Source of the DNA: Waddliaceae bacterium
GTDB taxonomy: Bacteria > Chlamydiota > Chlamydiia > Chlamydiales > Waddliaceae
Assembly (NCBI GenBank): GCA_963724325.1
Contig: CAVRUH010000005.1
Coordinates: 1 to 64,000 of the forward strand
DNA length: 64,000 bases
Direction: 5' to 3'
The position numbers were made by a program, and so were the translations under genes. Below the pieces are notes generated by a model that was not told the DNA's origin, did not search any database, and saw only the letters and a list, made by a program, of their open reading frames with translations. Shown here piece by piece: positions 32,309 through 42,394 of the stretch (within the stretch, counting starts at the first letter, position 1; the number at the start of each line of letters is the position of its first letter).

Positions 32309-33794
32309 CTCAAGTTTGGCGGTTTCTCATATTTTTGAGAAAAAACTTTCAAAAAAAAGAGAAGACACATAATATTTTTGTTTTTCACGCAAATGAGGAC
32401 AAAAAAATATGTGCCTTCTCGAAACTTTTCTATCACTAGTCTCCCTATGGAGACCAGCATTTTGTAAACAAGACACCTTTAGAAGAGTCAAAGATCACGC
32501 TGTCGCGACTGTTTGCTCCTTGGGACGCCATACGATCACAAATCTTATCATTTGGCTTGGAAAAGATCAATTAGATCCTACAGCCGATTATAGATTATAC
32601 AATGAATATAAGTGGAATGTCGAGGATCTTTTTAACCCTTTATTGGAAAAGGCAATGCCGTTTTTTGGAGATGATTATGTTGTTGTTGGAGCCGACGACA
32701 CTCGTATTCGCAAAAGAGGAAAGAAGATCCCTGGAACATCTTGGGGAAGGGATCCATTATCACCCCCATTTCAAGTTAATTTAATGTGGGGGCAAAGATT
32801 TCTTCAATTTTCATTTCTACTTCCTATGTACAATCATTCATCAGTCAGTGCACGAGCATTGCCTATAAGATTTATTCATACTCCTCCTTTAACAAAACCT
32901 GGTAAAAGAGCAAATGCAGCAGAAATATTAACATACAAGAAATTATGTAAGACTCAAAATTTATCGACTCGGTATATAGAAGAGGTAAGAAAATTGAGGG
33001 AGCATTTAGATGCAATAGGGTGTACAAAAAAACAACTTATGGTCACTGACGGTAGTTTCTGTAATAGAATTTGCATGAATTTAAACATGCCAGGAGTTGA
33101 AGCACTAGCACGCGCCAGAAAGAATTCAAAACTATGTTATCGGGCTGAAGGCAATGGTAGACGCACATATGGGGTTAATAAATTCACTCCAGAGCAAGTA
33201 CGTCAAGATGATAGTATACCATGGCAGTCTGCAATTTTCTTTTATGGTGGTGAATGGAGAAGAATAAGATTTAAAGTATTGCGAGATGTATTATGGCAAT
33301 CTGGCACAAAGACTAGACCGATGAGATTATTAGTCGTAGCACCGTTGCCTTATGTGAAAAATGGGATTAGAAATTACCGCCAACCCGCCTATCTATTAAC
33401 AACTGATCTCGAGGCCACAGCAGAATTCCTTCTTCAGAGTTATTTAGACAGATGGCAGATAGAAGTAAACTTCAGAGAGGAAAAATCTGTATTGGGTGTT
33501 GGAGAGGCCCAAGTATGGAGTGAAAAGTCAGCTGAAAGACAGCCATCATTTAGGGTTGCAGTATATAGTGCCTTATTATTGTCTAGCATTCTGAAATACA
33601 AGGATGTGCCACCAATTGATGAAGAGATTCCGAAATGGAGAGACAAGCCACAAAGAAATACCTGTAGAGCATTAATAGGGATGATTAGAAGTGAAACTCT
33701 AGAAAATATAGAAAGTATAATAGATTTAGAATTAACTAGGCCGATGTTATCGGCAATTTTTCGAAAAGCAGCCTAAAAAACCGCCAAACTTGAG
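32309..33794 (+). mobile_element. Insertion sequence, 1486 bp, IS4/IS701-like DDE
   Basis: Perfect 17-bp TIRs CTCAAGTTTGGCGGTTT / AAACCGCCAAACTTGAG; flanking 25-bp direct repeats 32284-32308 and 33795-33819. Confidence 0.93.
32409..33776 (+). CDS. DDE transposase
   Basis: GADDT, VTDGSF, YLDRWQIEVNFREEK (Y-2-R-3-E-6-K motif); intact 455 aa. Confidence 0.92.
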   Translation: MCLLETFLSLVSLWRPAFCKQDTFRRVKDHAVATVCSLGRHTITNLIIWLGKDQLDPTADYRLYNEYKWNVEDLFNPLLEKAMPFFGDDYVVVGADDTRIRKRGKKIPGTSWGRDPLSPPFQVNLMWGQRFLQFSFLLPMYNHSSVSARALPIRFIHTPPLTKPGKRANAAEILTYKKLCKTQNLSTRYIEEVRKLREHLDAIGCTKKQLMVTDGSFCNRICMNLNMPGVEALARARKNSKLCYRAEGNGRRTYGVNKFTPEQVRQDDSIPWQSAIFFYGGEWRRIRFKVLRDVLWQSGTKTRPMRLLVVAPLPYVKNGIRNYRQPAYLLTTDLEATAEFLLQSYLDRWQIEVNFREEKSVLGVGEAQVWSEKSAERQPSFRVAVYSALLLSSILKYKDVPPIDEEIPKWRDKPQRNTCRALIGMIRSETLENIESIIDLELTRPMLSAIFRKAA

Positions 33795-34128
33795 GTCCGG
33801 CTCTCGGAGAGAGCCGGCCACAAGTGGTCTGCTGTCTCCGACAGCAGACGTCCGGCTCTCGGAGAGAGCCGGCCACAAGTGGTCTGCTGTCTCCGACAGC
33901 AGACGTCCGGCTCTCGGAGAGAGCCGGCCACAAGGCCTGCTGTCTCCGACAGCAGACGTCCGGCTCTCGGAGAGAGCCGGCCACAAGTGGCCTGCTGTCT
34001 CCGACAGCAGACGTCCGGCTCTCGGAGAGAGCCGGCCACAAGTGGACAGCAACCACAAATTATTTGATTGACCAATTCGATTTATTATTTTATTGTGGGA
34101 CCTATAAAAAAATGGAATCTGGTGGTAC

Positions 34129-34218
34129 ATGCAGACTGAATTTCAAATAGCTGGAGCTGGGGTTGTATTAACTTTGATCTATCTTGTCTATGCACTTCTA
34201 TACCCGGAAAAATTTTAA
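34129..34218 (+). CDS. kdpF: K+-transporting ATPase subunit F (29 aa, absent from ORF track)
   Basis: MQTEFQIAGAGVVLTLIYLVYALLYPEKF*, ending 1 nt before the kdpA ATG. Confidence 0.9.
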   Translation: MQTEFQIAGAGVVLTLIYLVYALLYPEKF

Positions 34219-34219
34219 T

Positions 34220-35863
34220 ATGTCGATTATAGAACTCGTAATTTTTTTTGCTGTACTTATCTCCCTGACACCCCTAATGGGGATCTATATGGCAAAGGTA
34301 TTTACTGGCGAATATGTCGTGCTAAGTCGATTTGAAAACCTATGCTATACCATTGCAGGTGTAGATCCAGAACAAGAAATGACTTGGACTTCCTATGCCA
34401 AATCCCTTTTGTGGTTCAATTTGTGCGGGTTTTCTGCTGTATTTTTCATTCAACTTTGTCAATATTATCTCCCATTAAATCCACAGCAATTACAAGCTCC
34501 TTCCCTGGACCTTGCATTCAATACAGCCATAAGCTTTGTTACAAATACCAACTGGCAGGCATACTCCGGAGAAAATACACTGAGTTATTTCACCCAAATG
34601 GTCGGACTCACCGTACAGAACTTTCTAAGCGCTGTCACAGGCTTAGCTGTTTCCTTGGTGCTTGTTCGTGGATTTGCAAGAAAAACTTCGTTAACAATCG
34701 GAAATTTTTGGGTAGATATCGTTCGTTCAACATTTTATATTTTTCTCCCTCTTTCCATCATAGTTTCTTTAGTTCTTGTGTGCAATGGAGTCGTGCAAAC
34801 TTTTGCTCCTTATGCTGAAGTGACAACGTTAGAAAATACGAAGCAACAGATTCCTCTGGGTCCAGTGGCTTCGCAGATAGCAATAAAACAACTGGGAACA
34901 AATGGTGGAGGTTATTTTGGAGCAAACAGCGCTCACCCCTTTGAGAATCCTAATCTTATCACTAATTTTATTGAAATGCTTGCCATTTTATTGATCCCTG
35001 CAGGGCTTGTCTATTCGTATGGGATCATGATCGATAATAAAAAACATGGGGTGCTGCTTCTGCTCATTATGTTCAGCATGTTAGCATTTGGATTGGCTGT
35101 TGGACTACCTGCAGAAATGGGAAATTTAGAAGGAAAGGAAACTCGATTTGGTATAGTCAACGATATGCTTTGGACGCTTTCGACAACTGCAACTGCTAAC
35201 GGATCTGTCAATGCTATGATCGATAGCATGTCTCCTTTAAGCGGGGGTATTGCTATGTTCAATATTATGCTTGGAGAATTGATTTTCGGCGGAGTTGGTG
35301 TTGGTTTGTGCAGCATGTTATTATTTATTCTTCTAACAGTGTTCCTTTCGGGATTGATGGTAGGAAGGACCCCAGAATATTTAGGAAAAAAAATCAGAAG
35401 AAAAGAAATCCAATGGGTTACAGTAGCAATATTGGCCCCGGGAGCTCTTATTCTTGTCGGTTCAAGCCTCTCATGTGTATCGCACGATGGCCTATCCAGC
35501 CTAGGAAATAAGGGGCCGCATGGTCTTTCTGAGATACTTTATGCCTTTACTTCATGTGCAGGAAATAATGGAAGCGCCTTTGGTGGGCTGAATGTTAATA
35601 CTCCATTCTATAACATATCTTTAGGCTTTGTCATGCTATTGGGAAGAGTAGCGATTGTCATTCCTAGCTTAGCTCTTGGTGGACTGTTTGCAGCAAAGAA
35701 AATATCTCCTCCTTCGGCTGGAACGTTTTCGACAGACACATTGTTGTTTGCGATCCTTCTCTTAGGAGTAATTGTTATTGTCGGCGGCTTGACCTTTTTT
35801 CCTGCTTTGGCACTTGGTCCTATTGTTGAGCATTTGCTTATGCTTCGAGGAGTTGAGTTTTAA
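34220..35863 (+). CDS. kdpA: K+-transporting ATPase subunit A
   Basis: [43 protein letters not shown]. Confidence 0.97.
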   Translation: MSIIELVIFFAVLISLTPLMGIYMAKVFTGEYVVLSRFENLCYTIAGVDPEQEMTWTSYAKSLLWFNLCGFSAVFFIQLCQYYLPLNPQQLQAPSLDLAFNTAISFVTNTNWQAYSGENTLSYFTQMVGLTVQNFLSAVTGLAVSLVLVRGFARKTSLTIGNFWVDIVRSTFYIFLPLSIIVSLVLVCNGVVQTFAPYAEVTTLENTKQQIPLGPVASQIAIKQLGTNGGGYFGANSAHPFENPNLITNFIEMLAILLIPAGLVYSYGIMIDNKKHGVLLLLIMFSMLAFGLAVGLPAEMGNLEGKETRFGIVNDMLWTLSTTATANGSVNAMIDSMSPLSGGIAMFNIMLGELIFGGVGVGLCSMLLFILLTVFLSGLMVGRTPEYLGKKIRRKEIQWVTVAILAPGALILVGSSLSCVSHDGLSSLGNKGPHGLSEILYAFTSCAGNNGSAFGGLNVNTPFYNISLGFVMLLGRVAIVIPSLALGGLFAAKKISPPSAGTFSTDTLLFAILLLGVIVIVGGLTFFPALALGPIVEHLLMLRGVEF

Positions 35864-37938
35864 TGAAAAATAACATTTCCCAATTTTTTGATTCTAAATT
35901 AATTTTTGGATCCATACAAACTTCATTCTTCATGCTCAATCCCCGTATTCAGTTCAAAAACCCAGTGATGTTTGTTACCTATATCGGAGCTATTGCGTGC
36001 AGTATTCATCTCTTTATAGATTATTTTTCATCTTTCAACCTTCAAATCACTTTGTGGCTATGGTTTACGGTACTTTTTGCAAATTTTGCACAAGCTATTG
36101 CAGAGAGTCGAGGAAAGGCGCATGCGGCTAGCTTGAAAAAGTCTAAAATTGAAGCCTATGCAAGACAACTTGTCGATGGTACTGAAGTAAAGGTCCCTTC
36201 TTTTGAATTAAAGCGAGATGACATGATCGTTTGTGAGGCCGGAGATATCATTCCAGCCGATGGCGAGGTAATCGAGGGAATAGCCACGGTGGATGAGTCA
36301 GCAATTACAGGGGAGTCAGCTCCAGTGATTCGTGAAAGCGGCGGCGACCGCAGCGCTGTTACGGCCGGGACAAAAATTTTAAGCGATCGTATTGTTGTTA
36401 GAGTGGTCTCAGAACCCGGAAATAGTTTTCTCGATCGAATGATCAACCTTATCGAGGGTGCTAAGCGGCAAAAAACACCAAATGAAATTGCATTACATAT
36501 CTTATTGGCCGGCCTAACCATTATTTTTCTCATTACAACAGCATCACTCAAATTATATGCAGATTATAGTGCCCTTGCAGCTAAAGAAGACCTGAGCGGG
36601 ATCATCACCCTTCCCATTTTGGTATCACTTTTGGTTTGTTTGATTCCAACGACAATAAGTGCACTTTTAAGCTCTGTGGGAATTGCTGGAATGGATCGAC
36701 TCGTTCGACGCAATGTTATTGCCAAAAGCGGTCGATCAGTGGAAGCTGCTGGAGATATCGATCTCCTCATCTTAGACAAAACCGGTACAATCACTATCGG
36801 AAACAGGCTGGCCTCAGAATTCTTACCTGTGAATGGGGTTTCAGATAGAGAATTTGCGATTGTAGCACAATTAGCTTCTTTATCTGACGAAACTCCAGAA
36901 GGTCGCTCAATAGTCGTACTAGCAAAGAACAAATATGACTTACGTGCGGAATCCCTAAATATTTCCAATACCAAGTTCATCCCATTTTCAGCAAAAACGC
37001 GTCTAAGCGGACTTGACTTCTTGGATTCGACTGGAAACATTATTAGAAGCGTCCGTAAAGGAGCCCCTGACTCAATCAAGAATTTTGTGAAAAATTATCA
37101 AACTCATATCCCAACGCACCTTGATGATTCCATTAGAACCATCGCCAATACAGGCGGCACCCCTCTGCTAGTTTGCGATGATAAAAGAATTCTTGGTATC
37201 ATACACTTAAAAGATGTGATCAAAGGAGGCCTCAAAGAACGTTTTACTGAACTGCGTCGGATGGGAATTCGCACCCTTATGGTTACCGGAGATAATCCTC
37301 TTACAGCTGCGGCTATTGCCGCTGAAGCTGGCGTCGATGACTATATAGCTGAAGCTACCCCTGAAATTAAATTGGACCGCATTCGTAAAGAACAAGAAGA
37401 TGGTCGACTTATCGCCATGACAGGCGATGGCACTAATGATGCACCAGCCCTTGCACAAGCCGATGTTGGTGTTGCCATGAATACCGGAACCCAAGCTTCG
37501 CGCGAAGCAGGAAATATGGTCGATCTTGATAGTAATCCAACAAAACTCATTGATATTGTGGCAATAGGGAAACAGCTCCTGATGACCCGTGGAGCTCTCA
37601 CAACATTCAGCATCGCCAATGATGTTGCGAAATATTTTACTATTATCCCAGCCATTTTTAGTCAGCTATACATACAAAATAATGAAGGTCCACTGGCAAT
37701 TCTTAATCTGATGAAACTCCATTCTCCTCAAAGTGCCATTCTCAGCGCTGTCATTTTCAATGCTCTCATCATTGTCGCACTTATTCCTTTGGCATTGCGC
37801 GGAGTTAAGTATCACGCCGAGTCAAGCTATTATCTTTTGCGCCGAAATATTCTGATCTATGGCTTAGGTGGTATTCTATTGCCATTTGTAGCAATTAAAT
37901 TCATTGATCTTATCATTACCTTTCTAGGTGTAGCATGA
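35863..37938 (+). CDS. kdpB: K+-transporting ATPase subunit B
   Basis: [29 protein letters not shown]. Confidence 0.98.
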   Translation: MKNNISQFFDSKLIFGSIQTSFFMLNPRIQFKNPVMFVTYIGAIACSIHLFIDYFSSFNLQITLWLWFTVLFANFAQAIAESRGKAHAASLKKSKIEAYARQLVDGTEVKVPSFELKRDDMIVCEAGDIIPADGEVIEGIATVDESAITGESAPVIRESGGDRSAVTAGTKILSDRIVVRVVSEPGNSFLDRMINLIEGAKRQKTPNEIALHILLAGLTIIFLITTASLKLYADYSALAAKEDLSGIITLPILVSLLVCLIPTTISALLSSVGIAGMDRLVRRNVIAKSGRSVEAAGDIDLLILDKTGTITIGNRLASEFLPVNGVSDREFAIVAQLASLSDETPEGRSIVVLAKNKYDLRAESLNISNTKFIPFSAKTRLSGLDFLDSTGNIIRSVRKGAPDSIKNFVKNYQTHIPTHLDDSIRTIANTGGTPLLVCDDKRILGIIHLKDVIKGGLKERFTELRRMGIRTLMVTGDNPLTAAAIAAEAGVDDYIAEATPEIKLDRIRKEQEDGRLIAMTGDGTNDAPALAQADVGVAMNTGTQASREAGNMVDLDSNPTKLIDIVAIGKQLLMTRGALTTFSIANDVAKYFTIIPAIFSQLYIQNNEGPLAILNLMKLHSPQSAILSAVIFNALIIVALIPLALRGVKYHAESSYYLLRRNILIYGLGGILLPFVAIKFIDLIITFLGVA

Positions 37939-38456
37939 GGAAAGAAATGTTTGCAGCTTTGAGATTATTTTTGTGGATGACTTTTATCCTAGGTGGTGCC
38001 TACCCTTTGTTGATCACAGGTATCGCACAAATTACCATGAATCATAAAGCGAATGGATCACTTATAGGAACAGTGGGGTCCAACCTGATCGGTCAAAAAT
38101 TTGAAAACGATAAATACTTTTGGGGACGCCCATCAGCTTCCGATTATAATGCCGTACCATCAGGTGCCAGCAATTTAGGACCTACCAGTAAGGCTCTTAA
38201 AGAGGCTGTAGAGAAACGTAAAGCCAAAGTTGGAGCAAATGCCCCACCTGAACTTCTTTATGCTTCTGGAAGCGGTTTAGACCCTCACATATCACCAGAA
38301 ACAGCCATATATCAAATTGATCGCATCATTAAGGCACGAGGCCTAAATGAAACCACTGATAGAGCTATCCTCGAAGAATTAATTCGAGAAAATACACATT
38401 TTCGTACCGTTAATGTTTTGCAATTAAATCTAAGTCTAGGAGTTAGCCGTGAATGA
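37935..38456 (+). CDS. kdpC: K+-transporting ATPase subunit C
   Basis: [34 protein letters not shown]. Confidence 0.97.
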   Translation: MRKEMFAALRLFLWMTFILGGAYPLLITGIAQITMNHKANGSLIGTVGSNLIGQKFENDKYFWGRPSASDYNAVPSGASNLGPTSKALKEAVEKRKAKVGANAPPELLYASGSGLDPHISPETAIYQIDRIIKARGLNETTDRAILEELIRENTHFRTVNVLQLNLSLGVSRE

Positions 38457-41103
38457 AGATAATCAAACTGATGCAGATGCTCTTCTTAAGGCAGTCAAGC
38501 AACAGGAAAGTACACTTAAAAAAGCAAAGCTAAAGATTTTTTTTGCTATGGCAGCTGGCAGTGGAAAAACCTATGCAATGCTCCAAGGCGCCCAGGTACT
38601 CAAAAAAAATGGCATTGATGTCATTGTAGGCCTAGTCAATACCCACGGCCGTTCCGAAACGGCAGCGCTGCTTAATGGATTAAAAGTTATCCCAGAAAAA
38701 CCTGTAGAGTATAAGGGCATTGTTTTGACCGAATTTGATATTGACGAAGTCCTGAGGCTAAAACCACAAGTCGTTCTAGTTGATGAGCTCGCTCATACAA
38801 ACGTTCCTGGTTCGCGTCACCCCAAAAGGTGGCAAGATGTAAAAGAACTCCTAGAAAACGGTATCGATGTCCACACGACGCTCAACGTCCAACATGTGGA
38901 AAGCCTAAAAGATATCGTCGAAGGAATCGCCGGCATCACTATTCGCGAAACCGTTCCGGATTCCATCATCGAAGAAGCAGCATCTATTGAATTAATAGAT
39001 ATTACAACAGATGAACTTTTACAAAGACTCAAAGAAGGAAAAGTTTATCTGGGAGATAAATCGGAAGTCGCCGCAAAGAATTTCTTCCAAGAAGATCGCC
39101 TCACCGCCCTGCGTGAAATTGCTCTTAGGTATGCAGCAGAAAAGGTTGATCACGAACTACAAGGTATGGTTACATCAGTGGGCCGTCTAGGGGAATGGAA
39201 GCCTCGCGAGCGACTATTGATTGCTGTAAGCCAAAGTCCCTATTCACAGAAGCTCATTCGCATGACACGTCGACTTGCCTCGAATCTTCACTCTCCGTGG
39301 ATTGCCGCATATATTGACGATGGATCCACCCTCAGCATTGAAGATAATAATTTGCTCACTAAAAATCTTGCCCTAGCTAGAGACCTTGGCGCCGAAATTA
39401 TTGTCACAAATGATTCAGATATTGCTGACGGAATAAAAAGAATTGCTAAACAGCGGGGAGTAACACAAATTATTTTGGGAAGACCACCCAGAAAAAGGTT
39501 CCTAGGACTGTTTGATAGTGAATCTATTGTCGATCGCTTGTCACGCGAATGCATAGACATCGATATACATGTGATTAGACAGGAAATGCAGCTTACTAGG
39601 CACCACAAAAAATTAATAGCATTGCCAAAAGAAAAATCATATTCATCATACATTATTGCGATAATCACCGTTGCCATCCTGGGAGGATTAAACTGGTTCC
39701 TACTTTCGATGATCGGTTACAAAGTAATAGGTGTTATATTCCTTGTTGGCATACTTGGACTCAGTTTATTTCTCAGAAAAGGCCCCATTTTTCTTGCGAC
39801 ATTCCTTTCCGGATTCATTTGGGACTTCTTCTTTGTGCCTCCAACAGGATCTCTAGAAATCGATTCAACAGAAGATGCAGCTCTTCTCATTGTATATCTC
39901 CTCACAGCTATTTCAACAGGCATTTTAGTTGACAGAGCCAGACAAAAGAAAGATATTTTAGAAAAAAGGGAAAAGAATGCACAGGCCCTTTATGATATAA
40001 TTAGAAATATTGCTAATACCCGTAGAAACGATACCTCCTTTGACAAAGTAAAGGAGAAATTGGGTCAAATCTTTGCAGGCACTTTCGACATTGTAGTTAA
40101 AACCTACGATGGCGGCCTTCCTATAGATAAGTCAGGTACTCTCCTATCCGATGAAAAAGAGAAAAATGCTTGCATTTGGGTATTTGAGCACGGCAAAGAG
40201 GCTGGATGGTCAACTGACACTCTTCCACTCTCACAAAATTTGTATATTCCAATGGTGGGACTTCAGGATACAGTAGGGGTTCTTATTTTCAGACCAAAAT
40301 TAGACAAAGTTCTTTCACTCGACGATATGAATTTTCTATTCACAGTGACTCAACAACTTGCTAAGTTCTTTGAAAGACGTCTTTCTGATGACAAAATTAA
40401 AAGAATGGAAGAAAATAAACAGATGGAAAGCATGCACACGATGATTTTAAATCGAATATTGCATGTCCTCCAACATCCCATATCAGTTTTTGAAACTTCC
40501 ATTGTAAATATTAAAATTTTATTGAAACCAACATCAGAACCTGCTTTGATAACTGAAATAAATAAAATAGAAAAAGCTAAGGAAAATTTAAAGATAATTC
40601 TTACTAATGTTTCGGAAATGGCCAATTTGAGCGGCGGATTTGTTTCTCTTGACATCAGCCTGCACAACATTAAGGAAGTTGTGAATATATGTTGCAAAAA
40701 TGTAAAAGATATAGCATTCGATCATATATTGACAATAAAAGTTGAAGATAATTTACCTCTCGTACCACTAGACGTTTCTCTCATCGAAGTGCTCTTGTTC
40801 AACTTAATGACCAACGCAATTTATTACTCACCCAAAAAATCGACTGTTCTTATCGAAGCTAAAAAATGGGATAAATATGTTCTTATTTCAGTTGCAGATG
40901 AAGGGAAAGGGATCCCTGAAGATCAAATTGATGCTATTTTTGAGAAATTTTACTCAATTGCTGATGAAGCAACCCGGAACATCGGCTTGGGGCTAGCCAT
41001 CGCAAAAGCTGTCGCAGAACTACACCACGGCCGCATCACCGCCGAAAACCGCCCTATCAAAGGTGCAATCTTCTCAGTATTCCTTCCCTTCAATAACGAA
41101 TAA
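38449..41103 (+). CDS. kdpD: Sensor kinase KdpD with atypical H-box
   Basis: GKTYAML, LVDELAHTN, KRWQDV, RETVPD, Usp, 4-TM, GAF and HATPase domains. Confidence 0.93.
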   Translation: MNEDNQTDADALLKAVKQQESTLKKAKLKIFFAMAAGSGKTYAMLQGAQVLKKNGIDVIVGLVNTHGRSETAALLNGLKVIPEKPVEYKGIVLTEFDIDEVLRLKPQVVLVDELAHTNVPGSRHPKRWQDVKELLENGIDVHTTLNVQHVESLKDIVEGIAGITIRETVPDSIIEEAASIELIDITTDELLQRLKEGKVYLGDKSEVAAKNFFQEDRLTALREIALRYAAEKVDHELQGMVTSVGRLGEWKPRERLLIAVSQSPYSQKLIRMTRRLASNLHSPWIAAYIDDGSTLSIEDNNLLTKNLALARDLGAEIIVTNDSDIADGIKRIAKQRGVTQIILGRPPRKRFLGLFDSESIVDRLSRECIDIDIHVIRQEMQLTRHHKKLIALPKEKSYSSYIIAIITVAILGGLNWFLLSMIGYKVIGVIFLVGILGLSLFLRKGPIFLATFLSGFIWDFFFVPPTGSLEIDSTEDAALLIVYLLTAISTGILVDRARQKKDILEKREKNAQALYDIIRNIANTRRNDTSFDKVKEKLGQIFAGTFDIVVKTYDGGLPIDKSGTLLSDEKEKNACIWVFEHGKEAGWSTDTLPLSQNLYIPMVGLQDTVGVLIFRPKLDKVLSLDDMNFLFTVTQQLAKFFERRLSDDKIKRMEENKQMESMHTMILNRILHVLQHPISVFETSIVNIKILLKPTSEPALITEINKIEKAKENLKIILTNVSEMANLSGGFVSLDISLHNIKEVVNICCKNVKDIAFDHILTIKVEDNLPLVPLDVSLIEVLLFNLMTNAIYYSPKKSTVLIEAKKWDKYVLISVADEGKGIPEDQIDAIFEKFYSIADEATRNIGLGLAIAKAVAELHHGRITAENRPIKGAIFSVFLPFNNE

Positions 41104-41222
41104 CACTCCCTATCCTCCGTATCCTGCCGCTTGCGATCCGCACATCCTGTTAAATGCTTGTGCTTAATAAGTTAACAGGATGTGCAGGATCGCAAGCGAC
41201 AGGATACGGAGGATAGGAAGTG
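41104..41222. repeat. ~50-bp inverted repeat pair, family 2 (AGGAT-periodic), between convergent genes; may act as terminator
   Basis: Arms 41104-41153 and 41172-41222; related to arms at 4487-4610 and 63561-63703. Confidence 0.88.
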
Positions 41223-41227
41223 ATATG

Positions 41228-42394
41228 TTAGTTGGGAGGATGCTCTAGGATTTCTTGAAAGGTACGAAATTTGTTGTCGTTCTCACCATCGAGGATGCCA
41301 AAGGCAACCATTTTGAATTGTCCTTGAAATTCTTTTTTTCCTAATACATCTTTGAAAGCCGTTGCGACAATTCTAGGATCATTCTTGAAAGCTCCACAGC
41401 CCAAAGCACCCAAGACAACAGCATCATGATCCGTTTTAACTGCCAATCTTAATATATTCTTGATCTTTTTTTTTATTCCTTTGAAATAATTCTCAGGGCT
41501 AGCTGGTGCATCATATGCCCCAGCACTCAGGTTGTAGCCAGCTGCAGCAATGAAATCTACCTCAAAAGGCTTTATAAAGCGATAACCCTCACTTTCAGTT
41601 TCTCTTAATATCTCTACATGAGGTGTATATATCGCACCAAATTCGGGAATCAAATATTCACCATTCAATTGCTTATGCAATTTTGCATTATATTTTACAT
41701 TGAGCCCAAAACAGTAGGTGCTCCTTCGAAATAATTCTTCTTCCTGAGCCATTGCTCCACGGGTGACCCCGCCTCCAACGCGATTTTTATTTGCAAAATT
41801 GAGAGCCACAGGACGATATCCTTCTTCTTGCAACTTCCTTGTTAAATGAATAGTATCCATTTTAAATACTTTTACTTCCGTTGTCGAATATTTACCCAGT
41901 TGCTCTAATGGAGATAATGATTCTACAACAAATGTTCCATGCTGCATCTGCGCTATTTTTTGAGGAGTGCACTTCTCTGTAGTTCTATATCCATAGATGC
42001 ATGCTGCTTTAGTCTCTTCGTATACACGTGCACGTATTTTTCTCTTTTCTTCTGTATCTGTAATTTGGTGAAAGCGCTCTCCTGTACAACAAATTTCTCG
42101 AGGAAAAAAAATATAGCCAAAAGAGTCTTCCCATGATTTTTTTAGGCATTCAGACATATTTGGGCCGATCATCTTATTCAATTCTATCTGATCGACAGCA
42201 TCATAAAAACAATCTCTTGAATTATTATGTGCATCCAGCTCCTTATTGATCGTAGCCACAGCATCAGAAGATATCTGATTGCGCCTTTGAAGAACCTCCA
42301 AGATGAAATTATAATGGACTTTTGAATCTTCAAGACGCGCTTCGAAGTAAGGATCAGCGAAAAGAAGAGAACAAAACAACCCAAGCTTAATCAT
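41228..42394 (-). CDS. Bacterial PARG-type macrodomain (TIGR02452/DUF2263-like) with possible signal peptide
   Basis: ALNFAN..GGGVTRGAMAQEEELFRRS (GGG-x7-QEE), IYTPHV, VVLGALGCGAFKND; probable start MIKLGLFCSLLFA at 42394 overlaps the upstream stop. Confidence 0.88.
   Translation of the reverse strand: MIKLGLFCSLLFADPYFEARLEDSKVHYNFILEVLQRRNQISSDAVATINKELDAHNNSRDCFYDAVDQIELNKMIGPNMSECLKKSWEDSFGYIFFPREICCTGERFHQITDTEEKRKIRARVYEETKAACIYGYRTTEKCTPQKIAQMQHGTFVVESLSPLEQLGKYSTTEVKVFKMDTIHLTRKLQEEGYRPVALNFANKNRVGGGVTRGAMAQEEELFRRSTYCFGLNVKYNAKLHKQLNGEYLIPEFGAIYTPHVEILRETESEGYRFIKPFEVDFIAAAGYNLSAGAYDAPASPENYFKGIKKKIKNILRLAVKTDHDAVVLGALGCGAFKNDPRIVATAFKDVLGKKEFQGQFKMVAFGILDGENDNKFRTFQEILEHPPN

Larger units (their letters stand above)
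32039..34041. repeat. BIME-like tandem array of nine ~55-bp REP doublets (family 1), interrupted in unit 5 by an IS
   Basis: Unit GTGGYCTGCTGTCTCCGACAGCAGACGTCCGGCTCTCGGAGAGAGCCGGCCACAA; units occupy 32039-32308 and 33795-34041; degenerate ends at 32017 and 34042. Confidence 0.95.

Noticed and set aside
32039..34041. CRISPR array
   Set aside because: Units are contiguous near-identical 55-mers with no unique spacers, and no cas genes are present
31942..34150. Many overlapping short ORFs around the IS and at 15938-16300
   Set aside because: Stop-free REP repeats give ORFs in all frames; not coding
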